A DNA stretch of 64,000 nucleotides, from NCBI GenBank assembly GCA_951406725.2, contig OX597816.1, forward strand, positions 139,004,001 to 139,068,000, in the 5' to 3' direction. Position 1 is the stretch's first letter. Each line of letters begins with the position of its first letter. Under the pieces are notes generated by a model. That model saw only the letters and a program-made list of their open reading frames with translations. It ran no database searches and had not been told where the DNA came from. Origin of the DNA: Octopus vulgaris. Taxonomy: Eukaryota. The translations under genes and the position numbers were made by a program. Shown piece by piece: positions 1 through 14,850 of this stretch.

Positions 1-572
1 TAGCGTGCTTTCACTTCACTACCGAGCGCAGCTCTGTGTGCCTTGGGTACGTGCTGTGGTTTATTGTGATGCTCTTTTGGTTACTGTATTGAAAGTGCTT
101 TCCGTAGGATGCGTGCAGGCAGTGCCCAGTAGTGCAATTTTCTGTATGTTATATATATTTGTAAGTCCTGGTATTTTTGTAATGTTTTTGTCTGAATATT
201 TTTTTTATCATACCTAATGCGCCTACAATGATAGGAATTGTTTCTGTTTTTATATTCCACATTCTAGTTACTTGTATTTCCAGGTCTTTGTATTTTGAAA
301 GTTTCTCCATTTCTTTTACAGAAACGTTGTCATCTGCTGGTATTGATACATCAGAAAGCATTTTTATTTCTTCGTGATCTCTGAAACTATATCTGGCCTA
401 TTGGCTTTAATTTCTCTATCTGTGTGTATTGGCATATCCCAGAGTATGGTTGCTTTCTCGTTTTCCGTGACCTTTTCTGGTGAGTGCCTATACCATCTTT
501 TTTCTGCTGTTATTCCATAGTGCTGGTATAGCTTCCAGTGTATGTAGGTCACAACTCTGTCGTGTCTGTGAA
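1..572 (-). mobile_element. 5'-truncated R4/Dong-clade non-LTR retrotransposon (restriction-like endonuclease C-terminus plus part of the 3' UTR), frameshifted
   Basis: Minus-strand translation RHDRVVTYIHWKL...WDMPIHTDREIKANRPDIV / DVSIPADDNVSVKEMEKLSKYKDL...IPIIVGALG carries the RHD, RPD-(D/E) and KxxKY motifs of RLE elements. The stop is at about 81-83 and the 5' junction abuts (TAA)n. Confidence 0.88.

Positions 573-669
<97 letters not shown>
573..669. repeat. (TTA/TAA)n microsatellite
   Basis: Pure trinucleotide run lying between two RLE elements. Confidence 0.98.
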
Positions 670-673
670 TATT

Positions 674-1055
674 GTCTTTGCACAGCCTCTAACGCTGGAG
701 ATGTACTACGGTGCCAGTTGTTCACCACCAGTGAACTAAGGTAACACCCCTTATTTTTCGAGCACCATCCGGAGTATTCAAGCGATTCTAAGCAGCGCTG
801 TTTTCAGCAAGTGCCCCACTCTTATTGCAGCCCCTATTTGTTCCATGTACTTCTCAAGATTTTTACTCACTATTCCCAGGGCTCCGGCAATTATTGTTAC
901 TGCTACCAACTTTTCAAGCGACCAAAACTGCTTAACTTCCCAAGTTAACCTGTCATATCTATCGACTTTTCTTTCTTCCTTATCGCATACCTTGTTGTCA
1001 GCTGGACATGCTATAATCTATGTTCCAGCATCGTTTCTTTTCCTTCTTAATTCCC
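674..1055 (-). mobile_element. Second, divergent R4/Dong-type RLE retrotransposon 3' end with 3' UTR
   Basis: Minus-strand translation ACPADNKVCDKEERKVDRYDRLTWEVKQFWSLEKLVAVTIIAGALGIVSKNLEKYMEQIG...LLKTALL...LRMVLEK* (stop at 751-753), then an ~80-bp UTR running into (TAA)n. Confidence 0.85.
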
Positions 1056-1809
<754 letters not shown>

Positions 1810-3381
1810 CTTATGATAAACAATAATTAAATACATATATTGATTTATTAGAACAAATTATAAGTTGATGAAATATCAATTTAGTCTCACGTGTGTCAGT
1901 TGGATTGCAGACTCAGTCGAACTTTGGAAATACCGCATGACATTTGGTTATATTCTTTCTAGACCTCAGGTCAAATCCTACCTTACATTCTCCCACGATC
2001 AAGAATCCAAACACCAATCGATAAAACGAATACTGGGATTGATATAATTACCAATAACTTCGACAGTTTTACCTCAATATGGCCACAGTTCAATTAATGA
2101 AATGAGTAAAATAGTAAAAAAAAAACAAAAAAAAAACCAGTCAGTATTCTAACGTAGCTCAAATGAACTAAAGTATTAAAATACATAGGATACATTTGTA
2201 AACTCAGATATAAAACTACAACTATTTTTATTTGCTCATTTGTTAACAAGAATGTAGATTAATATATTACACATTGTCGTGATTTTACGAGTTAAGAAAT
2301 AGAGGATTAAAGTGAGCACGTTTTTCTTATTAGCATTAGCGACGAGTTCTTAGTAAAATGACTGTAACCAGAAAAGAACGAGTAAACTGGGGGATAAATA
2401 TTACTTAATGCTCCCAAACTTTATTTTATCTGGAAAATATCGTGTGAATTTTAAATATAGGAATCCAACGTTCTAAAAACTAATCGTTCAGTAGAACTAT
2501 GAAAGAAGCTTCTAAAACAGCCGTGAAAGCTGGAATAAAATGTAATATGGTAAATTCAAAGACAAGAATTTTATTCATCAGCAGAAAAGATTAGTAGGTT
2601 CCTTATAGGAAAACGAGACATATAAAAATGATATTAAACTATCACAACGTTTCTTTTCCTTTTCTTTATCCATTCACGTATATCCTCCCAATGGTAAGTG
2701 AATTATTATCTTCGTATTAGTAACATAGAAAAAATACATATCGAGCTAAAGGTTGTTGGTCACAACTTAGCTATATTAAGAATAAGTAACGTATAGTATA
2801 TTTCTATATACTAAAATACTATATTCATACACCAATAATGTTGCGCAATTTGAAATTGAAGAAGACACTTCACAATAATGTTCCTCCATTTTTTTTACGT
2901 AATTTCACTAACCAGTTTATGCTCGTAGCTTCCTAGCAAAGGATGTACTTATAATTTTCGCTATTTAGCAATATCTTAGATGGAAATAACAAGCAGATAA
3001 TATACTATGTTATCATCACTAAAGTACTGACATGGCTATGTGGCTGAAGTCTACTTCACAAACGGCAAGTGAATCAGAAATCGATCGTACTAAACAGCAC
3101 GCGTTTTCTTCAAGTGTGTTCTACTATAAATCTGAGGCCGCCAAACTTACGAATGAAATTTTGTACACTCAAACTGCGTTATTCTGACAGCAAATTATGG
3201 TGTCTTGGGCACATAAATATATGTGGTCATGTTACGGTACAGCCTTGAAGGGTTTTAGCTAAATAAATCGATCCTAGTACATATTTTAAGGTCTCGTACT
3301 ATATCCTGCCTATTTCTTTTGCCGAATCGCTACTTTTCAGAGTCTAAACAAACCATCAGCAGTTGTCAAGCGGTGGTAGGA

Positions 3382-3465
<84 letters not shown>

Positions 3466-3484
3466 TATACATATATATATTTTT

Positions 3485-3541
<57 letters not shown>

Positions 3542-3542
<1 letters not shown>

Positions 3543-3614
3543 GCGTATGGCTCAGTGGTAGGACGTCGGGCTCACAATCATGAGTTAGTGAGTTCGATTC
3601 CCGGTTCGGGCTGG
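3542..3614 (+). mobile_element. tRNA-derived SINE head fragment (same family as 48721-49025)
   Basis: A box TGGCTCAGTGG and B box GTTCGATTCCC are present, the acceptor stem does not close, and the head matches the one at 48721. Confidence 0.65.
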
Positions 3615-4282
<668 letters not shown>

Positions 4283-4898
4283 CCACGGTGTTCCACGTAG
4301 TTTCCATCTACCAAATTCTCTCATTGCTGGCACCATTGGCCACTATCACAATACATGTCCCAACAGAACAATATGATCTTACAATTTTATATTTCAGATG
4401 GAAACTCTGATTTAAACGAATGCTTTCGACAAAGAATTGAATTTGAGTCGAGCTATTGGTTTCCGTGTTAAGTACTTTTTTTTTAGCTATAATAGTTGTA
4501 ACATTTGCTTAAAATGAGAGAGTATGCTTAGACCACAAGGATGTCCTTTCCGCTGTACAAAGGCAGGCAAATGCCAGCCGTTGAAATAGGGAACTCTAAC
4601 ACCACTGGAACTTGCCATTTTGAACACAAAAGCAAAATAAAATTAGTGGGAAACCAAGAAGAATGAAAGATGCAACAATGCTGACAATCACATGCTCTAC
4701 AAACACTTCCTTACTATGTTTGATCCCAGCTGTCTCATGCAAGGATTGGCATTCTCAGTCATCAAACCATCAACGCAGAGGAACTATCAGCAGAAAAATA
4801 AAAATCTCCTATACCAGCAACCGCCTACACGACAATATTATAGTCTGTATATAAACACATATATACATATGTGTGTATGTGCATTTGGGCATATACAG

Positions 4899-4933
<35 letters not shown>

Positions 4934-5042
4934 CGTGTGTGTGTGTGTATAGGGGAGAGAGAGAGGGATAAAGATAAATAGATAGATAGATAGGTTGATA
5001 GATAGGTAGATAGATAGATAGATATATTGATAGATAGGTAGG

Positions 5043-5123
<81 letters not shown>

Positions 5124-6469
5124 GTAAACACTTATCAGATATTACTTATTGATGACTTCTTTACTCTTTTCTTTTCACTTCTCACTGATTAAAGGTTTTT
5201 TTTTTCCTCAAATGCAGCTATAAATTTTTTAAGCTACATTTATACTCATTCAGTTGATACTCTCTTTTATTCTATCACATTTATGCAACATTTGCAAACC
5301 GTTTCATATTTTTTTCATATACGTAATTATAGCATTTTGCATACGATTATATAATCTGCAATTTTTGTTCTGTTAAATTCAATCAGCACTAGTTATGATA
5401 TTCAAAAACACTACTATACGTCCATTTACCTAGCCATTCATCTCTCCATCCCTCCAATTATCTTTCTATCCATGTATACATACACACACTCATACATACA
5501 TACATATTCTAGTAACAAAAATAAATACATCAAGTGCTCAAAAATGGAGAGAATAATATCTGTAGTAACTGCTGAACTCAAGAAATACTTCCTGATGACC
5601 TTCCATGCGGACGCAGAATTGCTTCTATGACAAGTATATCTCAACAAAGCTCTGGTAGAAAAAACCCTGACTGCATAAGTAATTACATACACACTACAAA
5701 AAGATGATACATAGGTATCCAGTTAACTTAAGGAGGATGAAATATTAACACGACGTGTAGCCGTACATGGGCTTGTGACTGTTACATCAAGTAATATGTA
5801 TGAGGTTACGCTTTTGCAATCCCAGAGCAGAAGATAACACATGGAGCATGGAAGGCCTACAAATCTCAAGATGTAACCCCAAATGTCAATTAAGTCATTT
5901 TTTCCGTGGAAGCTGCTGAAAAATATCGTCGAAGTAGTGATATGATGTTTGTGGAACAAAATACAATGCTATACACTGAAGAGATTGTCCTGGGATGAAT
6001 ACTAAAAGTACCTCTGCTACTGAATCAAAAAGAGGATCTAAGATCCCTCTTGAGTCATAAGCCAATTCGCGTCTAGAGAGGGAAAAGAGTAAATACTTCA
6101 TAAGGATAGCCAAGGCGTGCGAAAGAAACTGCAAACCTAAGAAGTTAAGAGCGAATCGTCTGTAAGTGGTGCATAGTTAGAGCAGTTGGACTGAACACAG
6201 CTCGATTCGAATTATAGTACGATCCAAAGTAATCCAGGCATTCCTGATAGAATCAATGCTGCTCAACACCGTCAGAAGATGCTGAAATTATCGTGATCTC
6301 CAGACGAAAGCTAATGAAGCCAGTGTCATTGATGCAAGCTGTATTTGTCTGTATACATACATACATACATACATACATACATACATACATACATACATAC
6401 ATACATACATACATACATACATACATACATACATACATACATACATACATACATACATACATACATACA

Positions 6470-7022
6470 TGGTGGCTGCCCCCTCGTTATCGAGTATGGC
6501 CATTGCACGAAGTTTAATCAATGTTATCGTGCAATGCCTGTGCAAGAAGTTTTTTTTTTAAAGTGAGGAAAGGCTGTGCACTGAGTCAATCCCACTCACT
6601 AAGCAACAGCAGCCATAATCCGAAAAGAAGAACAAGTCAACATCATCGGTAACCACTGAACCGCAGGTTTTATGTCGGTGTTATCTCAGTTACCTGAGTT
6701 ACCTTCTCCTAGAAGGATGCCCTAACAAAGGCTAGGAGTCCTTCACTCCCAATGGTTTAACTGCGCGATCGGGTATTCAGTCCGATAATTTCTATGTCCC
6801 CGCGCATGATACAGCCTTAAGACATTTATTGGATGGCCGCTGATTCTCAAGAGTTCCTCCGCCCTTTGACGGGTTTTGTTTTTCATCCCGCAGGTTGTCC
6901 AATAAACACCCTCCTCACCAAGCAAGCTTGGTGGGGTTGCCGGTTTAGTCGCCGACGACCCGACATGCAACAGTTTGTACTGGGTTACATCTTACCTGTA
7001 GCACTCGAAAGTGACCTGACAT
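6470..7022 (-). mobile_element. Bipartite non-autonomous RTE-derived element (RTE 5' UTR module + RTE-like 3' end + (TATG)n tail)
   Basis: The 5' module is shared with 46150-46280, where it is joined to RTE RT sequence, and with 60262-60440. The 3' end ...GGCCATACTCGATAACGAGGGGGCAGCCACC runs into (TATG)n. Confidence 0.7.
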
Positions 7023-7452
7023 AACGTACATACATACATACATACATACATACATACATACATACATACATACATACATACATACACGCAATTATGCGGA
7101 TAAACAAATTAGACATCAAATATATTAAATTTATTTAACATCAAATACAAAATATGTATATATGTATATATGCAAAACGAGAGGAAACAAAAAGTGGTAA
7201 CTTTCAGATTCCCTGTAAAGACATCGGAATCTTAGTTTGAATCGTTTGAGCACTACTAAGTGGATCTCATCTGTCTACTATACATATTTGTGTGTGTTTG
7301 TGTATATATATATATATATGGGGGAAGGGTGTATACGATGTTCAATTAAAAAAGGAGGAATCACCAGAAAAGTGTTTCAAGCTGAGTGTTGTTTCTGTTT
7401 CCAATGGTCAAAGAGTATTATCAAGCTACACACACACACACACACACTCCAC

Positions 7453-7507
<55 letters not shown>

Positions 7508-7699
7508 AATACATATATATATATATATATATATATAAGTAAGCACTGCTTCTCGGAATTAGCGCTCCAGTTCAGCCATCCAACTTGGGATAACTTGAGA
7601 GATAATGTTTAATAGCTATTCTGCCTCAAAGAACAACCGACCCCAATCTGTCTATAGACCAGAAAGATATTACATTCAAACCGCACTTACGTGGCGAAC

Positions 7700-7960
7700 G
7701 TTTAGGCAATTGATTAAACTCTGGGAAAGTGAAGAAGTGGCATTATTACTGTAATATCTCGAGTGCTTTCGTAAAGTTGACAGAAATGTGGTGAGAATTG
7801 AAAGCAGCCATAGTGTCTTGTTTAAAGTAAAATCTAATTCTCATCAGGAGACTGTTGAGCAGACATATAATGCTAGATCTAATGAAAATTGCAAAGATGT
7901 GGAATTACTTAAATACGTGGTGAAAAATTATCTAATGAAGATCTCGTATTGGTAGAACAG
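7700..7960 (+). pseudogene. Highly decayed RTE-type reverse transcriptase fragment
   Basis: VRIESSHSVLFKVKSNSHQETV resembles VRV...F.V..GVHQGSVL. Remnants of AFDRV- and YADDLVL-like motifs flank it. Confidence 0.4.
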
Positions 7961-9308
7961 TACTGTGTTTAAAAACAATGAAATATTAGCCTGAGGCATA
8001 AAGCTACAGTCATTTTCACCGAGAAAGACACTCAAAGAGTGAGACGTTACGAAACAAAGAGGTTAATATGTACAAATGTTACATGGAATGCTATATATTG
8101 GCGAAAAGAATCTACGACACCAAAATTGGATAAGATTTTTTTAAAGCAAATAATTATCTTACTAATTTTCTTGAATACATGACGATGAAACGTGTTTCTA
8201 GATGCTGTTGAGCCTTGATTATCCCGAAGAAATTTCACTCGTTTTTATCATCGAACTTATTGTAAAATTAGTTTCGCTTTACATCGTTTTCATTAACGAC
8301 GCACCTTAAAAAAAAAACCTATGAACAATGTGAAGTACCAACTAACAATGTATATGAATTGGTGTGTCTAGGCGAGTCATTGTGTTTGTGCTTGTGTACT
8401 GACAGGTTGTTTGCGCTACTGAAAACCCAACATTCTCTGTTACGTGCTTGTCAACGAAAAACTGGCGACTGTACTGACCTTACTTGGTGAGAATGGTGAT
8501 TTTCAGACATTGCCGGTCAAAAAACAAGGCCTATCAAATGTCCGATGAATTCTTAGTAACCAACGCCTATCCAATATGTGCATACTTACGTTTGTGTATA
8601 GCTAGTGGTAGATCTGTATTTTATAAAAATGAGGCATGGAAACAAAAGTTAAATTTCCAAAATGGCTACAATTCTACTGCTTCAAAGTTTGCGACAGCAA
8701 GCCAATGAAGAAGCAACTATCATGCGAGGCTATAAGCCATGGTTCAAGAAAAACATCTTGTATGATACTCTTTCAACTGAGCCACGCAAGTGATGTTTTG
8801 TGACGTCTAGAAAAAGAAGTTCCGCTAGTTTAGCATCTGCTGATTATCTACATTTCTTCCAAATATCGAACATTATGAAGTGGAATCATGTATCAGCAGT
8901 TACTTCCTTCTTTTAAGGAAATGCTCTGAACACAGCATCTTTGTAATCAACACAAATTTTCACCACCTTCCAAACAGCTAAAAGCGAAGATCGCAATCAC
9001 CCTCTGACAAAGCTGGTGTAACCGAACATTAGTATGAGTGGTCTCTAGCAAATACTTCTCTACCAGAACCAATAAATGGAAAAATCTTCTCTCAGACTTA
9101 CTTTCTCTTTTTCACCTTTTTTTTTTCGTTTTTATTTGCGACTGGTAGGTATCTACAAATTTGATGAACAAGCTAATACGCGCACACACAGATACGTACA
9201 CATACTTATCCACATACGCATATATATGAGCGTAATGAATACTAGTACTTTTATATATGGGTATGCATGGATGTACATATACGTATGTACATACATGCAT
9301 ACATACCT

Positions 9309-9379
<71 letters not shown>

Positions 9380-9402
9380 ATATATATGTACATATATATA
9401 TG

Positions 9403-9518
<116 letters not shown>

Positions 9519-9949
9519 TATACATATTGTAGGTATGTATGTATGCATGTATGTACGTACGTATATGTATATATATGTATATATATGTACATATATATAT
9601 ATTACACACACACTTACACATTCACATACACACAAACAAACACACACACACAATTTCGGTTACATGACAAAAGTTCCATTTTAGCAAATCATAATGAGGA
9701 TTTTTCCTCCCTCCCATAGAGAAACTTTCTACATGATATAATTAGATTTCGCATTTTGCAATGGTGAGCATCGATAAACTAGATTTTGTATGTGATACAC
9801 TTCTCCTCATGATTTTATAACATATATATAAAAGACATCGGTAAGGAAAAAAAGCAACTTTTGATAAAAAAAATATATCTTACGATTAATCGACTCTCTC
9901 TTTCTCCTCTTCTCTCATTCCCTTTCCCCCTCTCTCCCTCTCTGTATTT

Positions 9950-9994
<45 letters not shown>

Positions 9995-10832
9995 CTCTCT
10001 CCCATGTGACATATTCGATCGATCTTTATTGTTGATATCTCGCTAAGATGCAATTCCAGTAATAATCGTTGTTTGGAATTAAATAACAAGTACGCAAAGA
10101 TCTCTATTTTGATAGAAGATATTTCAGATTAGTCGGCAACAGAAAAAAGCGGCAGTTTTTATTGGATAATAAGTATTAAAGATGTGCAAATCGTGATAAA
10201 CTGGAGTTTTTCATTTGATTAAGAAAGAGCAATAGTTTTGTATTTGATTAAATGGCTTGGCAGAATTTTACATTTACTGTCACCATTTAGCAAGAATACT
10301 TCTGAGTGAATTTAAAAAAAAAAGAAAAGGAAAGAAAAAGTAGCGGGGAGAAAAAAAAAATTTAAGAAGGAAATATGAAGAAGAATGGATGTAAATGTGA
10401 CTACGAGGAAGGAAGAGTGGAAGAAAAGAAAATGAAACGAAAGGAAGGAGTAAGAACTAAAGGAAGGAAAGAAATGATGATGATGATGATGATCCTCATC
10501 ATCATCATCATATTCATCATCATCATCGCAATCATCACTGTCGTCATCGTCGTCGTCATCATCGTCATCATCATGGAAGAAGATGGGAGGAAACGGAAGA
10601 GGAAGAGATAGGAGACAGAACATTGAAGACACAAGCTCTAGAAAATGGAAGACAAGAAGAAAGGAGTGATTAAAAAGTTTTATTGGTCGAATGAGATGAA
10701 ATAATAATAACTTAGAGAAGTATTTTATGTATGTATTATGTATGTGTGTATATACACACATATATATATATATACATAGAAATATATATTTATACACACA
10801 TATATATATACATACATATATATATATACGCA

Positions 10833-10890
<58 letters not shown>

Positions 10891-11228
10891 CATTCGAAGT
10901 GTTATAGTGTTATGTTTGGCAAATGACATCGAAACAAAAAGTCGAAAGGTGAGAATATACGTGGCAATGTGAACGTAGCTAACGGAATGAGGAAAAAAAA
11001 ACGAGTGTGCGTGTGTGTATGAGTGTGAGAGTGTGCGTGAGTGAGAGAGAGAGATAGAAAGAAAGGAAAAGATAGAGACAGAAAGAAAGAGAAAAAGATG
11101 GATAAGAAAGTGAAAGAAGTGATGAAGATCTACAAACACCTAATAAATATATCGCCTTTCAACTTGCTTTGCTAGATAACGTTTCTATACGCATCTAACG
11201 ACATTATATTATTACATCATATATCATG

Positions 11229-11286
<58 letters not shown>

Positions 11287-11351
11287 CACACAATATATAT
11301 ATATATATATACACACACATACATATATGTTATATATATATATATATATAA

Positions 11352-11416
<65 letters not shown>

Positions 11417-11490
11417 AACACATATGTATAAACACAAGTATATATATGTGTATATATATATATACCTACAAATATAAATGTATATATATT

Positions 11491-11522
<32 letters not shown>

Positions 11523-11779
11523 TGTATGCGCGTGTGTTTATATGTATGCGTAGTAGAAGTCATAATTGACTACACGTAGGCTCAAAATCGTCAGGGTACT
11601 AGCTACAAGTTGTCGATCCATAGTGTTTTCGATTCAGCCTCTTAACATATCAAGGTTCTTGTTTTGACCCCGTACACCATAGCAAAACCAATGAAAGACG
11701 TCGTTAAATCCTGCTAGATGAGTCATTCCCGATAGTTTGGATGTTAGACAGAAACAGCTAATCAGGTGTACATGAACTA

Positions 11780-12050
11780 CTCCAGTTTGTACTTTTAAAG
11801 CTCAGACTTTAAATATTATAAGTCATGTAGAAAAAGCAGTTACTTGCGCAAAACGGTAGCGATTGATATCCTTATTATACAAGAGCACAAAATCTTTCAT
11901 CACGACGTTGACATTAACTATAACGAATCTATTGATGAGTACAGACAAATTCCCTCATTTGCGGACAAGAATAGAGTTAAAAGATCTATTGAGAGATATA
12001 GTTTTCTCCCCTTGCCAAGAGCAATTCATAACGTCTTATATACAGTTTTT
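11780..12050 (+). pseudogene. Decayed LINE (RTE/RTE-X-like) apurinic endonuclease N-terminus
   Basis: CTFKAQTL...IDILIIQEHKIFHHDVDINY matches the APE motifs TxNVRTL and DIxxIQE. Confidence 0.65.
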
Positions 12051-12070
12051 AAATATTTATTAACGGCAGA

Positions 12071-12593
12071 GAGGTAATACTTATCTCCACTTAAACATGA
12101 TTGTTCACTTAGAACAGTCTATAACGGTAGTTATCATGAAAGAAACCTTGATATTGGTTTTTTTTGGTGCAAAATACATTCTTGTTGATATCGCTAGCGG
12201 GGAGATAAAAGCCCGTCACCCCTAACACCGAGACCACCACTTCGCGTGATTTCGAGCTTTCTATCCATATTTAAGTAGGAATAAACATTACGCCTCGGTA
12301 TTAATACTGCCCCCGTCGTTAATAAATATTCTTTAACAAGCTAATCGCAACTCCATCGCCTGTTCTGGCACTGTTACTCTCTATATCGCTGGCGGGGAGG
12401 AATCGCTGCTATCTCTAAGCGACAGAGCGTTCATCATTGACAAGACCAAAGAAGGGCGAAATCACGTGGTCTGGTGCGCAGTTTGCACCAAAAACAAATA
12501 TAAGTGTCTCTCATGGAAACTACTACAGTATAGACTGTTCTATAAGAACATCCACATTTAAATGGGGATGAACATTACCTCTTACATACGGTG
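12071..12593. mobile_element. MITE with long (~100-bp) diverged terminal inverted repeats
   Basis: 12071-12173 (gaggtaat...agaacagtctata...ggtgcaaa) is the reverse complement of 12482-12581. There is a further inner inverted repeat (12233-12255 vs 12457-12471) and a duplicated atatcgct.gcgggga motif. The right end is followed by TA. Confidence 0.75.
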
Positions 12594-12675
12594 TATATAC
12601 TTTATGGACTCAAACATGTACTAAAATAAGTCGAAAGGTAAGCTACTATAAACCGGCACGAACTTTCCGGACAAC

Positions 12676-12820
<145 letters not shown>

Positions 12821-13173
12821 ATATATTTATATATATATATATATATATTTGCATATGCATACAGCGTTGGCTAAAATTTTTATTGATCTAATCTGTAGTA
12901 CTGCGTAGTACTATAGCAAAATAGTGCTAATGCATCAGTCCTGTAATTTATTAATAACTATTGAGTCTCTCTCCCTGCATTAGTCTATGAATAATTAAAG
13001 CCAAGTTGCAACGTAATGGGGATGTGGATCACTGACGGGAAAAAATATCAGAGCAGATGTTATAATGAATATGCAGACAAACAGCTAAACTGATTGATGA
13101 ACAGACAGAAAGCCTTTACCGAGTTCAAATGTCAAATGTTACATTGGTGATGTCAACGGCATAGAGACTAAGG

Positions 13174-13234
<61 letters not shown>

Positions 13235-13648
13235 AGGAAGAGAGAGTTCTCGGTGGTGTGACAAGAAATCAAAGATGGAAGACAACCCAAGGATTATGTT
13301 TCTGCTCTAGACGGACAATGTCACTCAAAGCGAATTATAAATAAGGCTTAAGGACATTCATTTATGTCTCCGATAGCTTGCTAATTAGAACTAACACGTC
13401 GTTATTTCCGGCTCTAAAAACGCTCTGGTATAGAATTAACCACGTGATTTATAATATTAGCTGATCATCTTCTGTTAACCACGAACTTAAAAACTACTAT
13501 TATCACAGGGTTTGTAGTGACTTTGTTGAATGCTGCTGCTGCTGCTATCATAGCTGCTACTGCTGCTGTTGCTGTCAGTCCGTTCAATTGTTGCTCATTA
13601 ATGTTTATGTGGTTCATAAGAGTATTGAAGGTGGTAGTTATTGATGAC

Positions 13649-13684
<36 letters not shown>

Positions 13685-14038
13685 GAAGGAAGAAAAGGAG
13701 GTAGAGGGTAGGAGAGGTGGGAGGATGAGGGGGAAGAAGAGAAGAGGAGAGGAGGAGTGGGATATTTATATAAATGTTAATAATTTTAGCAGTCATCACG
13801 ACCATCATCAAGGTTATTGTCGTCGTCGTCATCGTCATCGTCATCAATAATGTTTAACATCATTATCATGATCGTCATCGTCCCCAAAGATTTACGGGTG
13901 TTATACATACACAAAAATTCGTGCCCAAAATTTACCAACCAAGTGTGTTTAGGCCCCAAAATTAAATATTCATTCGCTTCTCAAGATATTGAATATATTT
14001 CTCCTGACTGTAAGTCCAAATGTACTCTCTCTTTCTCT

Positions 14039-14090
<52 letters not shown>

Positions 14091-14164
14091 TATATATATA
14101 TAGTTTCATACATACACAGATAAATACATACACACGCATTGACATATACATTTAAAAAATTTTA

Positions 14165-14393
14165 TTTCTTTATTGCCCACAGTGGGCTAAACACAGAGGA
14201 GACAAACAAGGACAGGCATAAGGATTAAGTCGATTACATCGACCCCAGTGCGTAACTGGTTCTTAGTTAATCAACCCCGAAAGGATGAAAGGCTAAGTCG
14301 ACCTCGGCAAAATTTGAACTCAGAACGTAACGGCAGACGAACTACCGCTAAGCATTTTGCCCCGCGTGCTAACGATTCTGCCAACTCGCCGTC
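14165..14393 (-). mobile_element. tRNA-derived SINE, family A (Meta/Sauria-like central domain)
   Basis: Minus-strand head (GGCGAGTTGGCAGAA...GAGTTCAAAT) and centre (GTCGACTTAGCCTTTCATCCTTTCGGGGT). Multiple copies occur in the window. Confidence 0.9.
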
Positions 14394-14559
14394 CATTGAC
14401 ATATACATTGATACACACAACACACACATAAACTTACTTAGTAATGGATCCGTGGGGTTCAATCATATAATAATATAAATAAATATAAATATATATATAT
14501 ATATATGCATATATATACATACATATATGTGCATACATACATATGTATGTATATGCATA

Positions 14560-14850
14560 TGGGTACAGGACGTCACAAAACGTAAGCAACATGATATACG
14601 AAAACAACTTGAAATACGAAGACAAACTTGGGTATGCGAACAACGAGAGAAACAAATGGAAAACAAGACAAGTAACATAAAGAACGACCCTTCATCAGTT
14701 GTCGGCTGTCCATCTACTCTCCGTTTCGAACAAATAACGACAATATGAAGCTTCGAAAGGCAGTTGCTCCCGCGAACCAAAATAAAATTCGGAATTTGCG
14801 GAGGGTCAAAGATGGTAACAAAAACAGGACAGTGGAGACATACAACAAAC
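14560..14850 (-). mobile_element. Non-coding repeat, probable Penelope-like pseudo-LTR (second copy at 30650-30975)
   Basis: Shares ...tttgaccctccg.aaat...cagccgacaactgatgaagggtcgttctttatg... with 30730-30975 in the opposite orientation and ends at TA-rich microsatellite. The class is inferred. Confidence 0.6.

Noticed and set aside
3542-3614. Possible tRNA-Val(CAC) gene
   Set aside because: The acceptor and anticodon stems do not pair, and it matches the head of the SINE at 48721.
5470-6345. Complex-looking sequence suggestive of decayed coding DNA (also 28640-29330, 32400-32700, 53840-54840)
   Set aside because: Only faint retroelement-like motifs and many stops. It cannot be assigned without a profile search.
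14690-14735. CGAAAC...CTGATGA (minus strand; also 30840-30885) as a type II hammerhead
   Set aside because: The intervening sequence does not form stem I, and the second copy lacks GAAAC. Kept only as a hint that the repeat is a PLE pseudo-LTR.
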